A stretch of DNA of 58,232 nt, from positions 1 to 58,232 of the forward strand of contig SVHB01000005.1 in the NCBI GenBank assembly GCA_015056005.1, given 5' to 3'. Position numbers and translations under genes: made by a program. This document shows, piece after piece, positions 47,816 through 58,232 of the stretch. The stretch comes from Clostridiales bacterium. GTDB taxonomy: Bacteria > Bacillota > Clostridia > Christensenellales > UBA1750. The notes beneath the pieces were generated by a model. It had not been told where the DNA came from, did no database searches, and worked only from the letters and a program-made list of their open reading frames with translations. The stretch's first letter is position 1. Each line of letters begins with the position of its first letter.

Positions 47816-48751
47816 ATGCCACTGGTAACCAGTACTGAAATGTTCAAAAAGGCTTACGAAGGCGGCTACGCCATCGGCGCTTTTAACGTCAACAATATGG
47901 AGATCGTTCAGGGCATCACCGAAGCTGCAAAGCTCGAAAATGCTCCCCTGATCCTTCAGGTAAGCGCAGGCGCCCGCAAGTATGCCAAGCACGTTTACCT
48001 CATGAAGCTGATCGAAGCAGCAGTTGCTGACACCGATCTGCCCATCTGCGTACATCTTGACCACGGCGCAGATTTCGAGACCTGCAAGTCCTGCATCGAC
48101 GGCGGTTTCACCTCTGTTATGATCGACGGTTCTCACTATGATTTCGCTAAGAACATCGAAGTTACCCGCGAAGTCGTTAAGTACGCTCATGACCACGGCG
48201 TAGTAGTCGAAGGCGAACTCGGCAAGCTCGAAGGCGTTGAAGACGAAGTTAAGGTTGCAGCAGGCGAAGGCAGCTACACCGATCCCGATCAGGTTCAGGA
48301 ATTCGTTGAGAAGACCGGCGTTGACTCTCTGGCTATCGCTATCGGCACCAGCCACGGCGCATACAAGTTCAAGCCCGGCACCAAGCCCCAGCTTCGTTTC
48401 GACATCCTCGAAGAAGTTGAGCGTCGCCTCCCCGGCTTCCCCATCGTTCTGCACGGCGCTTCCAGCGTTCCCCAGGAATTCGTTGCTAAGGTCAACAAGT
48501 TCGGCGGCAAGATGCCCGATGCTATCGGCGTTCCCGAAGAAATGCTCCGTCAGGCTGCTACCATGGCAGTTTGCAAGATCAACATCGACTCCGACCTGCG
48601 TCTTGCTATGACCTCCAGCGTTCGTGAGCACTTCACCGAGCATCCCGATCACTTCGATCCCCGTCAGTACCTCACCCCCGCTCGTGACGCTATCCGCGCT
48701 ATGGTTCGCCATAAGATCGTTAACGTCCTGGGCTGCAACGGCAAGGCTTAA
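47816..48751 (+). CDS. fba: Class II fructose-bisphosphate aldolase
   Basis: GAFNVNN, HLDH, SVMIDGS, GTSHG and VLHGAS; ATG 47816 behind AGGAGG; promoter TTGCAA-17-TATAAT at 47756-47784. Confidence 0.97.
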   Translation: MPLVTSTEMFKKAYEGGYAIGAFNVNNMEIVQGITEAAKLENAPLILQVSAGARKYAKHVYLMKLIEAAVADTDLPICVHLDHGADFETCKSCIDGGFTSVMIDGSHYDFAKNIEVTREVVKYAHDHGVVVEGELGKLEGVEDEVKVAAGEGSYTDPDQVQEFVEKTGVDSLAIAIGTSHGAYKFKPGTKPQLRFDILEEVERRLPGFPIVLHGASSVPQEFVAKVNKFGGKMPDAIGVPEEMLRQAATMAVCKINIDSDLRLAMTSSVREHFTEHPDHFDPRQYLTPARDAIRAMVRHKIVNVLGCNGKA

Positions 48752-48761
48752 TAAAATAATT

Positions 48762-48789
48762 AAAGGCTCCCGACCTTGGGAGCCTTTTT
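48762..48789 (+). terminator. fba terminator
   Basis: AAAGGCTCCC/GGGAGCCTTT hairpin with a T-run. Confidence 0.75.
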
Positions 48790-48808
48790 CTTTAACGGAG
48801 GATATAAT

Positions 48809-49207
48809 ATGAGCGATATTTTCTGCAGGATAATCGCGGGCGAAGTGCCCTCAATGAAGGTGTATGAAGACGAAAAAACGCTGGTATTTATGGATATAGC
48901 CGGCGATGTTGACGGACATATGCTTGCAGTGCCGAAAAAACACGTTGTAAGCCTTTTTGACTGCGACGAAGAAACCCTTTTCGCACTCATGAGCACAGTC
49001 AAAAAAGTATCGGAGCATCTCATAAACAACTGCGGCTATGAGGGAGTGAACCTTTTGAATGCCTCGGGCAAAGCCGCAGGCCAGTCCGTACCACATTTCC
49101 ACATCCATATCATTCCCAGAAAAACGGGCGACAATATAGATGCATGGCCCGCCTTCCCCGGCAAAACGCAGGAAATATCGGATATCTATGAAAGGATACG
49201 GATGTAA
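48809..49207 (+). CDS. HIT-family nucleotide hydrolase
   Basis: AGQSVPHFHIHIIPR; ATG 48809 behind GGAGG. Confidence 0.93.
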   Translation: MSDIFCRIIAGEVPSMKVYEDEKTLVFMDIAGDVDGHMLAVPKKHVVSLFDCDEETLFALMSTVKKVSEHLINNCGYEGVNLLNASGKAAGQSVPHFHIHIIPRKTGDNIDAWPAFPGKTQEISDIYERIRM

Positions 49208-49208
49208 G

Positions 49209-49880
49209 GTGAACAGAAAACTGTTTATTTCTGCCATATCAAAATTTGCCTTGGGCGTTTTGCTGGTGGGCGCGCTTGTTTTTATCCCTGCAGGAACGCT
49301 GAAATACGGTCCGGGCCTGCTGCTGATGTGCGTGCTGTTTATCCCAATGTTTATCGCCGGCCTGATAATGATGAATAAAAACCCGGAGCTGCTAAAAAGC
49401 CGCCTTGACGCAAAGGAAAAGGAGAAGGAACAGAGTCTGGTCATTAAGCTCTCCGGGCTCATGTTCATAGTCGGTTTCGTCATCGCCGGGCTTGATTTCA
49501 GGTTTTCGTGGCTGCCCTTGCCGAAATGGGTCAGCATACTCGGCGCAGCGCTGTTTCTTCTTGCATATGCGCTCTACGGCGAGGTCCTTCGCGAAAACAC
49601 CTATCTTTCAAGAACGATCAAAGTTCAGAAAGACCAAAAGGTTATCGATACAGGGCTTTACGGTATTGTCCGCCATCCCATGTATATGGCAACCGTTTTG
49701 CTGTTTCCCTCAATGGGGCTTGTGCTCGGTTCGCTTTTCACGTTCATAATTTTTCTTGCCTATATTCCCATCATAATACTTCGCATACAAAACGAAGAAA
49801 AGGTGCTTGAGGCAGAACTTAAAGGCTACAATGAATACAAGCAAAAAGTTAAATACAAAATTATCCCATATATATGGTAA
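49209..49880 (+). CDS. Isoprenylcysteine carboxylmethyltransferase/PEMT-family membrane protein
   Basis: GLYGIVRHPMY, EE..L and Y.EY motifs; hydrophobic; probable GTG start. Confidence 0.88.
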   Translation: MNRKLFISAISKFALGVLLVGALVFIPAGTLKYGPGLLLMCVLFIPMFIAGLIMMNKNPELLKSRLDAKEKEKEQSLVIKLSGLMFIVGFVIAGLDFRFSWLPLPKWVSILGAALFLLAYALYGEVLRENTYLSRTIKVQKDQKVIDTGLYGIVRHPMYMATVLLFPSMGLVLGSLFTFIIFLAYIPIIILRIQNEEKVLEAELKGYNEYKQKVKYKIIPYIW

Positions 49881-49906
49881 AAGACAAGGCAAACGCCTTG
49901 TCTTTT
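49879..49906. terminator. Bidirectional terminator
   Basis: AAAAGACAAGGC-N4-GCCTTGTCTTTT. Confidence 0.78.
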
Positions 49907-49907
49907 G

Positions 49908-50324
49908 TTATTGCGTAACCTTTCTTGCGAAACTGTCAAGCGCGTCCATCGGCCTATAATAGCCGCGGTAATACTTTCCGTTGATGCATAGATAAAGATT
50001 GCCGATGTTCGAGATTTCGATATTGCCGTTCGTTGTCATAAGCTCAACGCTTACGCCGCCGCCCGTAATTGGCTCGATCTCATCCATAGCTTTTCCGTAT
50101 ACCTGCAGGGATGAAATGATCTTTGCCAGTTTTTCAAAGTCCTCATCAGCGACCTGAGCGTTCATATCGGGCGGATATACATACACGCTTGCGCTGATAA
50201 TATCTTCTGCCCTTATGTTCTTGAGCGGTCTTTTGGGCAGTATCCCGATACCTACTATAAGTATCAGGCAGAGCAATACATAAATAAATCCCGGTAAAAT
50301 CTTTTTCCGCATTTTCATCACCAT
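49908..50324 (-). CDS. Membrane-anchored hypothetical protein
   Basis: Single N-terminal hydrophobic helix; lies downstream of the blaR-like gene. Confidence 0.7.
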   Translation of the reverse strand: MVMKMRKKILPGFIYVLLCLILIVGIGILPKRPLKNIRAEDIISASVYVYPPDMNAQVADEDFEKLAKIISSLQVYGKAMDEIEPITGGGVSVELMTTNGNIEISNIGNLYLCINGKYYRGYYRPMDALDSFARKVTQ

Positions 50325-50365
50325 TTATTCAGACGCAGCGCATCAATCGAAAGTTTCATATATTT

Positions 50366-52618
50366 TCATTCACGCCACGAATCTTCTCGCCACGAATCAA
50401 ATTCCCTTGCGGTATCTATATCATTTTTAAGCACTTCTATCAAAATTAGCCAATTATTAGTGCCGCCGCCCCACTCCAGTCCGTCCGGTTCGCGGCTTTC
50501 CACGGTCACAAAGAGCCTGCCGTTCACAAGACTCATATCGTTCATCCTTAAAACCCTGTCTTTCGGGGCCTTTCCCGCCTGCACCAGAATTATGGAATAC
50601 TCCTCAAAAAAGCTGTCGTCATATTTTTTGACAGACTCCAAAAAGCTTGGGTCCGCATCATATTTTTCATCCAGCTTCCATGTTTTCTCAGCCTCAGAAA
50701 CAAAGCTTTCCAGCTTATCTGCAGTATCAAAATGGCTTATCAACATATGCTGAACGCTGCTTATTGCCAGCTTCTGTGCGTTTTCAACGCCGTGAATAAC
50801 AAGCGCCGCATTTTCCTTTGGTATGATCTCAAAATAGCTTGCTGTATAGCCGGGATGCTCAGGGTCTTGAAAGAACTCATGATCGGGCTTTTTCTCTACC
50901 TCCTGCAAGCCTATAACATTGCCCAGTCCATCCAAAAACTCAAGGCTTTGAGAGAACTGATACGGGGATTGATACTTCATAAGTATCATGGTATCATCGC
51001 CAAAATCGCCCTCTTTAGTATAAACATTGCCTTCAACATAGCGTTTAATGCCGCCAAGCGCAAGATTCTTGTTCAGTACGACATTGTAAGTACCCTCAGC
51101 GCTGATTATGGCATCATCGGCATAATATATCCCGCTTTCGGGAACATCATAGGAATATGCGCAGAGCATCTCGGCGCAGTTATTCTTGATTCTGAAGGAT
51201 GCAAAGCCGAACCTGTCCTCGCCCTCCAAAAAGCCCACAAGCTGTACATCGCCCTCAGCTATTGTTATGACAGTTTTGACATCGGTATTAAGGTTATCCG
51301 ATATCGTCCTTTCATAAAAAGGGCCGTTGTTGGATTTTATATAAAGAGTCGGGCGAACCTTGTAAACGCTCGGCGTATCGTCCAATACAGCGTAATAATT
51401 ATCGCCGTTTTTGCACTGAACGGCAAGGCGCATCACACCGCTTTTTTCAAAATACCTTGCATCAGCAATGCTGCCAACGCCGTACCCTGAAAGCGCATTT
51501 TCGGCAAGAGATGCGGGATATTTTTCCATAAAACCTATTTCTTCATAGCCCGAATAACTCGGCGCGCGCTCAAAAAGCGTGAAATCGGTGGTCAGCGATA
51601 TTCCGAACAAATCGATATCCTCGCCGTGTATCAGTTTTACCGAATCATAATCCGAAGCGAGCAAAAGTGTATTGGGCTGCATGGGATTTGTCAGCAAAAT
51701 CAGAGCTGCCGTAAAAAGCACGATCAAAGCAGCCGCTATCAGCCACCGCGGTGCAGCTCCGTTTTTCAGCACTCTTTTTATCCTTTGCGAAACGCTGCCG
51801 CCGCCAAAGCCCACAGGAACCTCCGGGAGCGGACTTTTCCCGATTGATATATTGAGTATCATCTGCGAATAATCCGCGCGCTGAGCCTTGTCAAGGCGTT
51901 TGATGACCGCTTCATCGCAGGAAAGCTCCATATCTCTTCCCGCAAGCACATATGCCAGATATACCAGCGGATTGAACCAATGGATGCAAAGCGCAAAAAA
52001 CGCAGCAATGCGAATAACATGATCAAACCTTGCTATATGCCTGTTTTCGTGCATCAATACAAGCTCTTTTTGTGCTTCATCAAGCGCTGAGGGAATGTAT
52101 ATTCTTGGCTTTACAACGCCCATGACAAACGCGGTTTTTATGCGATCCGCAATATAAACATTCCCGCTTTCATTAACTGCGCCCGTAACTTTCCTTTTCA
52201 GCCTTACAAGCTGAAACAAGCCCATCGCCAGCATTGCGCAGGCTCCAAACAGCCATATCCCAAACGCTGATGAATACAGCGGCACCGACAGCCTATCGTA
52301 CGCGCCTTCGTCTATAGCCGCGTCGATCTCCTCTGCCGGCATATCCACAGCGGCAAAATCCTGCCGATCGATGCTTTGAGGGATATATTCCATCGCCCCT
52401 GCTTCGTTCATGGGCGGCGAAACAAGCTCAAACAGCGATGCCGGCGACTGAAGCGCCATCGGGCAAAGAAGCCTTATCAGCACTATCCCCCACAGGGCAT
52501 ACGATATCACCCGCGGCGCTTTTTTGAGCAGAAGGCGTACAAATATTACCGCAACAATAACAGCGCTCGCGGTTATCGACATGTTCAAAAGCCGCGGCAC
52601 AACGCTATGGCTAAACAT
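50366..52618 (-). CDS. M56 (BlaR1/MecR1-like) peptidase with a long non-PBP extracellular region
   Basis: KPRIYIP, zinc motif HENRH, HWFNP and DMELSCD. Confidence 0.9.
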   Translation of the reverse strand: MFSHSVVPRLLNMSITASAVIVAVIFVRLLLKKAPRVISYALWGIVLIRLLCPMALQSPASLFELVSPPMNEAGAMEYIPQSIDRQDFAAVDMPAEEIDAAIDEGAYDRLSVPLYSSAFGIWLFGACAMLAMGLFQLVRLKRKVTGAVNESGNVYIADRIKTAFVMGVVKPRIYIPSALDEAQKELVLMHENRHIARFDHVIRIAAFFALCIHWFNPLVYLAYVLAGRDMELSCDEAVIKRLDKAQRADYSQMILNISIGKSPLPEVPVGFGGGSVSQRIKRVLKNGAAPRWLIAAALIVLFTAALILLTNPMQPNTLLLASDYDSVKLIHGEDIDLFGISLTTDFTLFERAPSYSGYEEIGFMEKYPASLAENALSGYGVGSIADARYFEKSGVMRLAVQCKNGDNYYAVLDDTPSVYKVRPTLYIKSNNGPFYERTISDNLNTDVKTVITIAEGDVQLVGFLEGEDRFGFASFRIKNNCAEMLCAYSYDVPESGIYYADDAIISAEGTYNVVLNKNLALGGIKRYVEGNVYTKEGDFGDDTMILMKYQSPYQFSQSLEFLDGLGNVIGLQEVEKKPDHEFFQDPEHPGYTASYFEIIPKENAALVIHGVENAQKLAISSVQHMLISHFDTADKLESFVSEAEKTWKLDEKYDADPSFLESVKKYDDSFFEEYSIILVQAGKAPKDRVLRMNDMSLVNGRLFVTVESREPDGLEWGGGTNNWLILIEVLKNDIDTAREFDSWREDSWRE

Positions 52619-52979
52619 CTTCTTCCCTCCGGCTGTCGTCTATAAGCTTCTGCAGCGCCTCTATCTCCTTTTTGCCGAGCTTTTTCCTTGATGCAAACGC
52701 CGCAATAAACCCCGGTAGTGAGCCTTCGAAGCGTTCATCGACAAATTTTTCGCTCTGCATTGCATAGAAATCGGCTCGATTTATCAAAGACGTTACGATT
52801 CCGTTTTCGTTTATAAATATCCCGCGCTCACAGAGCCTTCGAAGCACAGTATATGTGGTCGATTTTTTCCATCCGAGCGCATCATACGCCCTTTTTACCA
52901 GCTCGCCCGATGCTATCGGCTCGCTCTCCCAGATCAAATCGGCAAACTTGGCTTCTATCATTCCAAGAGAAGTATCCAT
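52611..52979 (-). CDS. BlaI/MecI/CopY-family repressor
   Basis: WKKSTTYTVLRRL..RG and F.GS..F; overlaps the M56 gene start. Confidence 0.92.
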   Translation of the reverse strand: MDTSLGMIEAKFADLIWESEPIASGELVKRAYDALGWKKSTTYTVLRRLCERGIFINENGIVTSLINRADFYAMQSEKFVDERFEGSLPGFIAAFASRKKLGKKEIEALQKLIDDSRREEDV

Positions 52980-52995
52980 TTGCTCCTCCTTTTTT

Positions 52996-53033
52996 GGTTT
53001 ACTTCATGTAAACCAGTTTACACCATGTAGACC
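52996..53033. promoter_or_regulatory. Tandem palindromic operators of the BlaI-like repressor
   Basis: GGTTTAC-N5-GTAAACC directly followed by AGTTTAC-N5-GTAGACC, upstream of the RBS. Confidence 0.75.
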
Positions 53034-53044
53034 GCTTTGTCAAC

Positions 53045-53079
53045 AAAAAAGGCAGGTCATAAAAGCTATGACCTGCCTT
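53045..53079 (-). terminator. ftsZ terminator
   Basis: 13-bp stem AAGGCAGGTCATA/TATGACCTGCCTT with a U-run on the minus strand. Confidence 0.8.
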
Positions 53080-53092
53080 GATCTTTTATAAT

Positions 53093-54535
<1,443 letters not shown>

Positions 54536-54540
54536 CCCCC

Positions 54541-55719
54541 TTATTTCTTGAAAATGGACTTTAATTTAGTAATAAGATCCGTTTTGGAGTTCATTCTTTC
54601 CTGACTTATCTGTTCAAAAACCAACTCCAAAAGGCCGACTGAGGAAACATAATTTGCGCCCATAAGCTTGGTGGGCTTCACCGCACAGGCTCTGACGGGA
54701 ACGCCAAGCCTGCCGGATAAGAACTGACGCGCTCCCCCCATGGGAGCCAGACCGCCGCCGGTCAGATAATACGCGGTCTTATTTCCGATCGCTATATCAC
54801 AGCTCAAAAGCTCCGATTTGATCGTATCCGCAAGCTCGGACAAGGGCTTTATAACGATACGCTCAACTGTATCGCTGTCAAAGCTGATCTCCTCGCCGCT
54901 TGCATCAAAAAGCGTGATCTTTGAATTCCCGGTGTTTTCTCCCGGAGCCAGAATAAGCCTCCGCTTGATCTGTTCGGCCATCTGGAATGGAATATCAAGC
55001 TCCTGCGCTATCCTTGCGGTCCAAAAACCCGCGCCGTCGTCAATAACGCTCATATGGCAGACTGCGTCGCCCTTTGCCACCATGACCTGAGTGGTCATAT
55101 AGCCGCAGTCGATAAGAACCGCGGTCCTGTCCCTTTCCGCAGGCGGAACGGCAAGCAGAGTTTCGCCAAGCTGAGCGCTCAAAAAACCTTTGATCTTATA
55201 GCCTGCAATGCCGATGAGCCTTGTAAGCTTGTCCGCAAGGCGCTTTTCGCATGTCATAGCATAAACGCTGCAGGAAAGCTCGTCGCATTTAAGACCCACA
55301 GGCTCCATGGTCACGCTTTCGCCCGCCTTGAACCAGGCTATGCATCTGTGCAGCAGCATGCTCCTGTCGGCAACATAGGGCACTGCATTATCAAACGCGG
55401 CCTTCATGTCGTCCTCGCTGACCTTACCGCCTTCAACGGATACATTTCCCGTGCAGGGGATAACGCTGACCCACGAGGCAGGAACGGATACATAAACCGA
55501 GTCGGCTTGCCTTCCGCACATCTCGTAGGCCAAGTGAATTGCCCCGGATACGGCGTCTGCCACGTCTTCCTCGCTCTGATTCCATTCAAAGCCGCTGTAG
55601 CCGTCGTATGGCTTCACCCCGTAGCCGATAAGCTCGCCGCTTAAATCATCGTCGAACTCGCCGATAACGCAGACGATCTTTGAAGTGCCGATATCAACGG
55701 CAGCCACGGTAGTTTTCAT
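54541..55719 (-). CDS. ftsA: Cell division protein FtsA (divergent)
   Basis: [20 protein letters not shown] and LTGGG; directly upstream of ftsZ. Confidence 0.85.
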   Translation of the reverse strand: MKTTVAAVDIGTSKIVCVIGEFDDDLSGELIGYGVKPYDGYSGFEWNQSEEDVADAVSGAIHLAYEMCGRQADSVYVSVPASWVSVIPCTGNVSVEGGKVSEDDMKAAFDNAVPYVADRSMLLHRCIAWFKAGESVTMEPVGLKCDELSCSVYAMTCEKRLADKLTRLIGIAGYKIKGFLSAQLGETLLAVPPAERDRTAVLIDCGYMTTQVMVAKGDAVCHMSVIDDGAGFWTARIAQELDIPFQMAEQIKRRLILAPGENTGNSKITLFDASGEEISFDSDTVERIVIKPLSELADTIKSELLSCDIAIGNKTAYYLTGGGLAPMGGARQFLSGRLGVPVRACAVKPTKLMGANYVSSVGLLELVFEQISQERMNSKTDLITKLKSIFKK

Positions 55720-55845
55720 GCCGCAAACAAGCTCCTGTCAAATATTTGGCACATACAATATGCCTAATATATAGTATACACCAAAGTTGCTTAAAATAAA
55801 AGGGGAAAAGTAAATTTTATCCCCCGGGCAAAGCTTTTTTGTACA

Positions 55846-56595
55846 TCATTCCTTGAGCGCAAAGATCGCGCTGTCAGCGGTCGTGACATCAAGGCTCGAT
55901 CCGTTCAGCTGATCAGACGAATATCTGCTTCTAAGCTCGGGCATTGCCGCCTCTATCCATTTGAGCTTTCTTTCAAGCTGAACCGTGGTCCCAAGCTTTA
56001 CATTTATCCCTTCGGCAGTTGTAAGCCTCACATCGGTCTGCGAAGCTACGTTTACACCCTTCACGTTTTCTTCAAAGCCGTATTCCTTTATGCCTTCAAG
56101 CAAGGCTTTCAAAGTATCCAGCTGTTCGGGTTTTGAAGAGCTGAGCTGCTGACCCAGACCGAAGGAAACTACATATACTCCGTCGACCTTGAGCAATGAG
56201 CTCACATCCATCATGCCGTGGTTTGTGCTTTGCAGCACAGTTCCCTGCTCGTCGATTATTAGATCGTAGGAACCAAATCCCACAACACCTATGGGAACGC
56301 GTTCCTTTATGGTTATTGTGACCGCGTTGAGCCCAGTAACCTTTATGGATTCAACGATGAAATACGGGCTTTTGTTAATATTTTCTTCCACAGTTTTTTT
56401 GTTTAAGGTAAAAATGCTCTCGCCCGTTTGTATAAGGGAAAGATCGCGCACTTCCTGAGGATCCCGATTAATCGTTCCAACAACATGTATCTCTCTGACC
56501 CTGAGCGCTGCATAGCCTAATCCGGCGCAAAGCGCCACAACGATTATTGCTATGAGCGCCCTGACAAGCTTTTTCAAACACACACCACCCAACAA
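55846..56595 (-). CDS. ftsQ: FtsQ/DivIB POTRA-domain protein
   Basis: Single transmembrane helix, POTRA-like region and ITIKER.P; dcw position; start codon uncertain. Confidence 0.82.
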   Translation of the reverse strand: MLGGVCLKKLVRALIAIIVVALCAGLGYAALRVREIHVVGTINRDPQEVRDLSLIQTGESIFTLNKKTVEENINKSPYFIVESIKVTGLNAVTITIKERVPIGVVGFGSYDLIIDEQGTVLQSTNHGMMDVSSLLKVDGVYVVSFGLGQQLSSSKPEQLDTLKALLEGIKEYGFEENVKGVNVASQTDVRLTTAEGINVKLGTTVQLERKLKWIEAAMPELRSRYSSDQLNGSSLDVTTADSAIFALKE

Positions 56596-56601
56596 GTCAT
56601 T

Positions 56602-57870
56602 TTATAAGCACCGCTTAGTGCATATCTCTCTTTTGATATCGGCTCCGAGCGATGAAAGCATATTTTCAAAACCCGAATAGCCCCTGTCTATATACTCTAC
56701 GCCGCCGATCTCACTTTCGCCTTTGGCAGCAAGCGCGGCAATGGTAAGCGCGGCGCCGCCCCTTAGATCCCTTGCTTCGATCTTTGCTCCCTCAAGGCTT
56801 TTCACGCCTCTGATGATCGCGGTCCTTCCGTGTACGGAAATATCCGCGCCCATCTTTTTAAGGCAATTAACATAGCCAAACCTGTTTTCAAACACGTTTT
56901 CCGTTATCGAGGAAGTTCCTCTGGCGACGCACGCTATTGCAGCCATCTGCGCCTGCATATCGGTCGGGAACCCCGGATGCGGATATGTAGCGATATCCCT
57001 GAACGAGGAAAGCTCACCGCTTGATCTTATCCTGATACCGTCGGATACAATTATCTGACATCCCATTTGCCTGAGCTTATGTATTATCGCCGTCATATCA
57101 TGAGCCCGTGCGTCCCTTACATAAATATCGCCGCCGCAGCCTGCGCATGCCGCAAGCAAAGTTCCCGCAACTATCCTGTCGCTTATGGGACAAAACACCT
57201 CTGCGCTGCTTCCAAGGCTTTTTACGCCCTCTATCACGATCCTTGAAGACCCCTCGCCCTTTATCCTTGCGCCCAGGCTTTTCAAAAACCGTGCAAGGTC
57301 TACGATCTCAGGCTCGGTCGCAGGGTTATCTATCACCGTCTCGCCCTTTGCAAGCACTCCCGCCATCATCAGGTTTTCGGTCGCACCAACGCTCGGGTAA
57401 TCCAGATGCAGCCTTGCGCCAATAAGATTTCCCCGGCAATGGATCATCCCCGAAGATTCCTCGATATCGATCCCAAGCTGCCTTAAACCACTCAGATGTA
57501 TGTCTATAGGCCTGAGTCCTATCTCGCATCCGCCGGGATATGTAAAGCAGGCGTTTTTGTTCCTTGCAAGTATGGGGCCGAGCATGAATATCGATGAACG
57601 AATCTTTTTGGAAAGCTTTTCGGGCATCACCCATCTGTCGGCACAGCTTGGATCGATCACGGCAATATCGTCTTCCCGCTTTATCCTGCAGCCAAGGCAG
57701 GAGAGTATGCCCAGCATATCATCAACATCGCTCAGATCAGGCAGCTTTATGCTGACCTCGCCGCCCGAGAGCAGCGACGCGGCAAGCACCGGCAAAGCGG
57801 AATTTTTAGCCGCTCCTGCGCATATATCGCCAACCAGCCTTTGCCCGCCCACCACTTTATACATATACAT
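56602..57870 (-). CDS. murA: UDP-N-acetylglucosamine 1-carboxyvinyltransferase
   Basis: AKNSALP, PGGCEIGLRP, SVGATEN, PGFPTDMQ and DLRGGA. Confidence 0.96.
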   Translation of the reverse strand: MYMYKVVGGQRLVGDICAGAAKNSALPVLAASLLSGGEVSIKLPDLSDVDDMLGILSCLGCRIKREDDIAVIDPSCADRWVMPEKLSKKIRSSIFMLGPILARNKNACFTYPGGCEIGLRPIDIHLSGLRQLGIDIEESSGMIHCRGNLIGARLHLDYPSVGATENLMMAGVLAKGETVIDNPATEPEIVDLARFLKSLGARIKGEGSSRIVIEGVKSLGSSAEVFCPISDRIVAGTLLAACAGCGGDIYVRDARAHDMTAIIHKLRQMGCQIIVSDGIRIRSSGELSSFRDIATYPHPGFPTDMQAQMAAIACVARGTSSITENVFENRFGYVNCLKKMGADISVHGRTAIIRGVKSLEGAKIEARDLRGGAALTIAALAAKGESEIGGVEYIDRGYSGFENMLSSLGADIKREICTKRCL

Positions 57871-58006
57871 AATATCTCCTCCCGCTCATGCTTCATCTTA
57901 TGCATCACGCGGGAAAATGTGAATTATGTCAATGCAAAAGCAAAATACAATGCAGCCATATAAACCTTCCACATAGCATTATACATTGTATTTTGGTATT
58001 TGTATA

Positions 58007-58231
58007 TTATTTTGAGCGGTATTCCAACCTCTTCCCATCCGGGAAGCTGCGCACATTATCGCTTTTTGTACCGCTGTTTTTATCCTTTACCGCAGCCTTT
58101 TTTTCCTCGGGCTGCGCATAGCGCGAAACATTGAGAAGTATTCCCGCTGCGCCCATGAACACCCAAAGGCTTGTGCCGCCCGCGGAGAAGAAGGGCATTG
58201 GCAGACCGGTCGTGGGAAAACACCCGGTTAC
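58007..58231 (-). CDS. ftsW: C-terminus of a SEDS protein (FtsW/SpoVE), truncated by the window edge
   Basis: VTGCFPTTGLPMPFFSAGGTS...GILLNVSR. Confidence 0.88.
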   Translation of the reverse strand, partial: VTGCFPTTGLPMPFFSAGGTSLWVFMGAAGILLNVSRYAQPEEKKAAVKDKNSGTKSDNVRSFPDGKRLEYRSK

Positions 58232-58232
58232 G

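Noticed and set aside
57890-57935. Possible sigmaE-type promoter (CATAAGAT) upstream of murA
   Set aside because: Short degenerate match with uncertain -35 spacing; not supportable alone

Overview
Chromosomal window from an anaerobic Bacillota bacterium of Clostridia type, inferred from gene content, GGAGG RBS and sigmaA-type promoters. It is mostly housekeeping and metabolic DNA: iorAB-paaK-ACT, rpsB-tsf, alpha-xylosidase, ahcY, xth, pepD, araB and araD, an ABC export locus, an Lsa-like ABC-F, rnpB, rpsO-pnp, an isolated rplJL with its L10 leader, metY-metA, fba, blaI/blaR-like genes and the end of the dcw cluster (ftsW-murA-ftsQ-ftsA-ftsZ). The standout feature is a ~4.85 kb element at 10218-15070. 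It is bounded by 40-bp imperfect inverted repeats (35/40 identical) and a flanking ATAGT direct repeat, carries a MOBQ-like oriT, and encodes no transposase, integrase or relaxase. Its cargo is a PD-(D/E)XK nuclease gene followed by four translationally coupled genes: a membrane Zn-ribbon protein, a pseudo-receiver/wHTH protein, an RNase J-like MBL/beta-CASP nuclease and a pseudo-receiver/degenerate DnaQ protein. This is a candidate uncharacterised mobile defence or nucleic-acid-processing system. Other features absent from the ORF track are a 52-aa Cys/Tyr-rich small protein, a candidate ~80-nt sRNA and a dispersed palindromic repeat family. All family calls come from motifs read by eye; no database searches were run.
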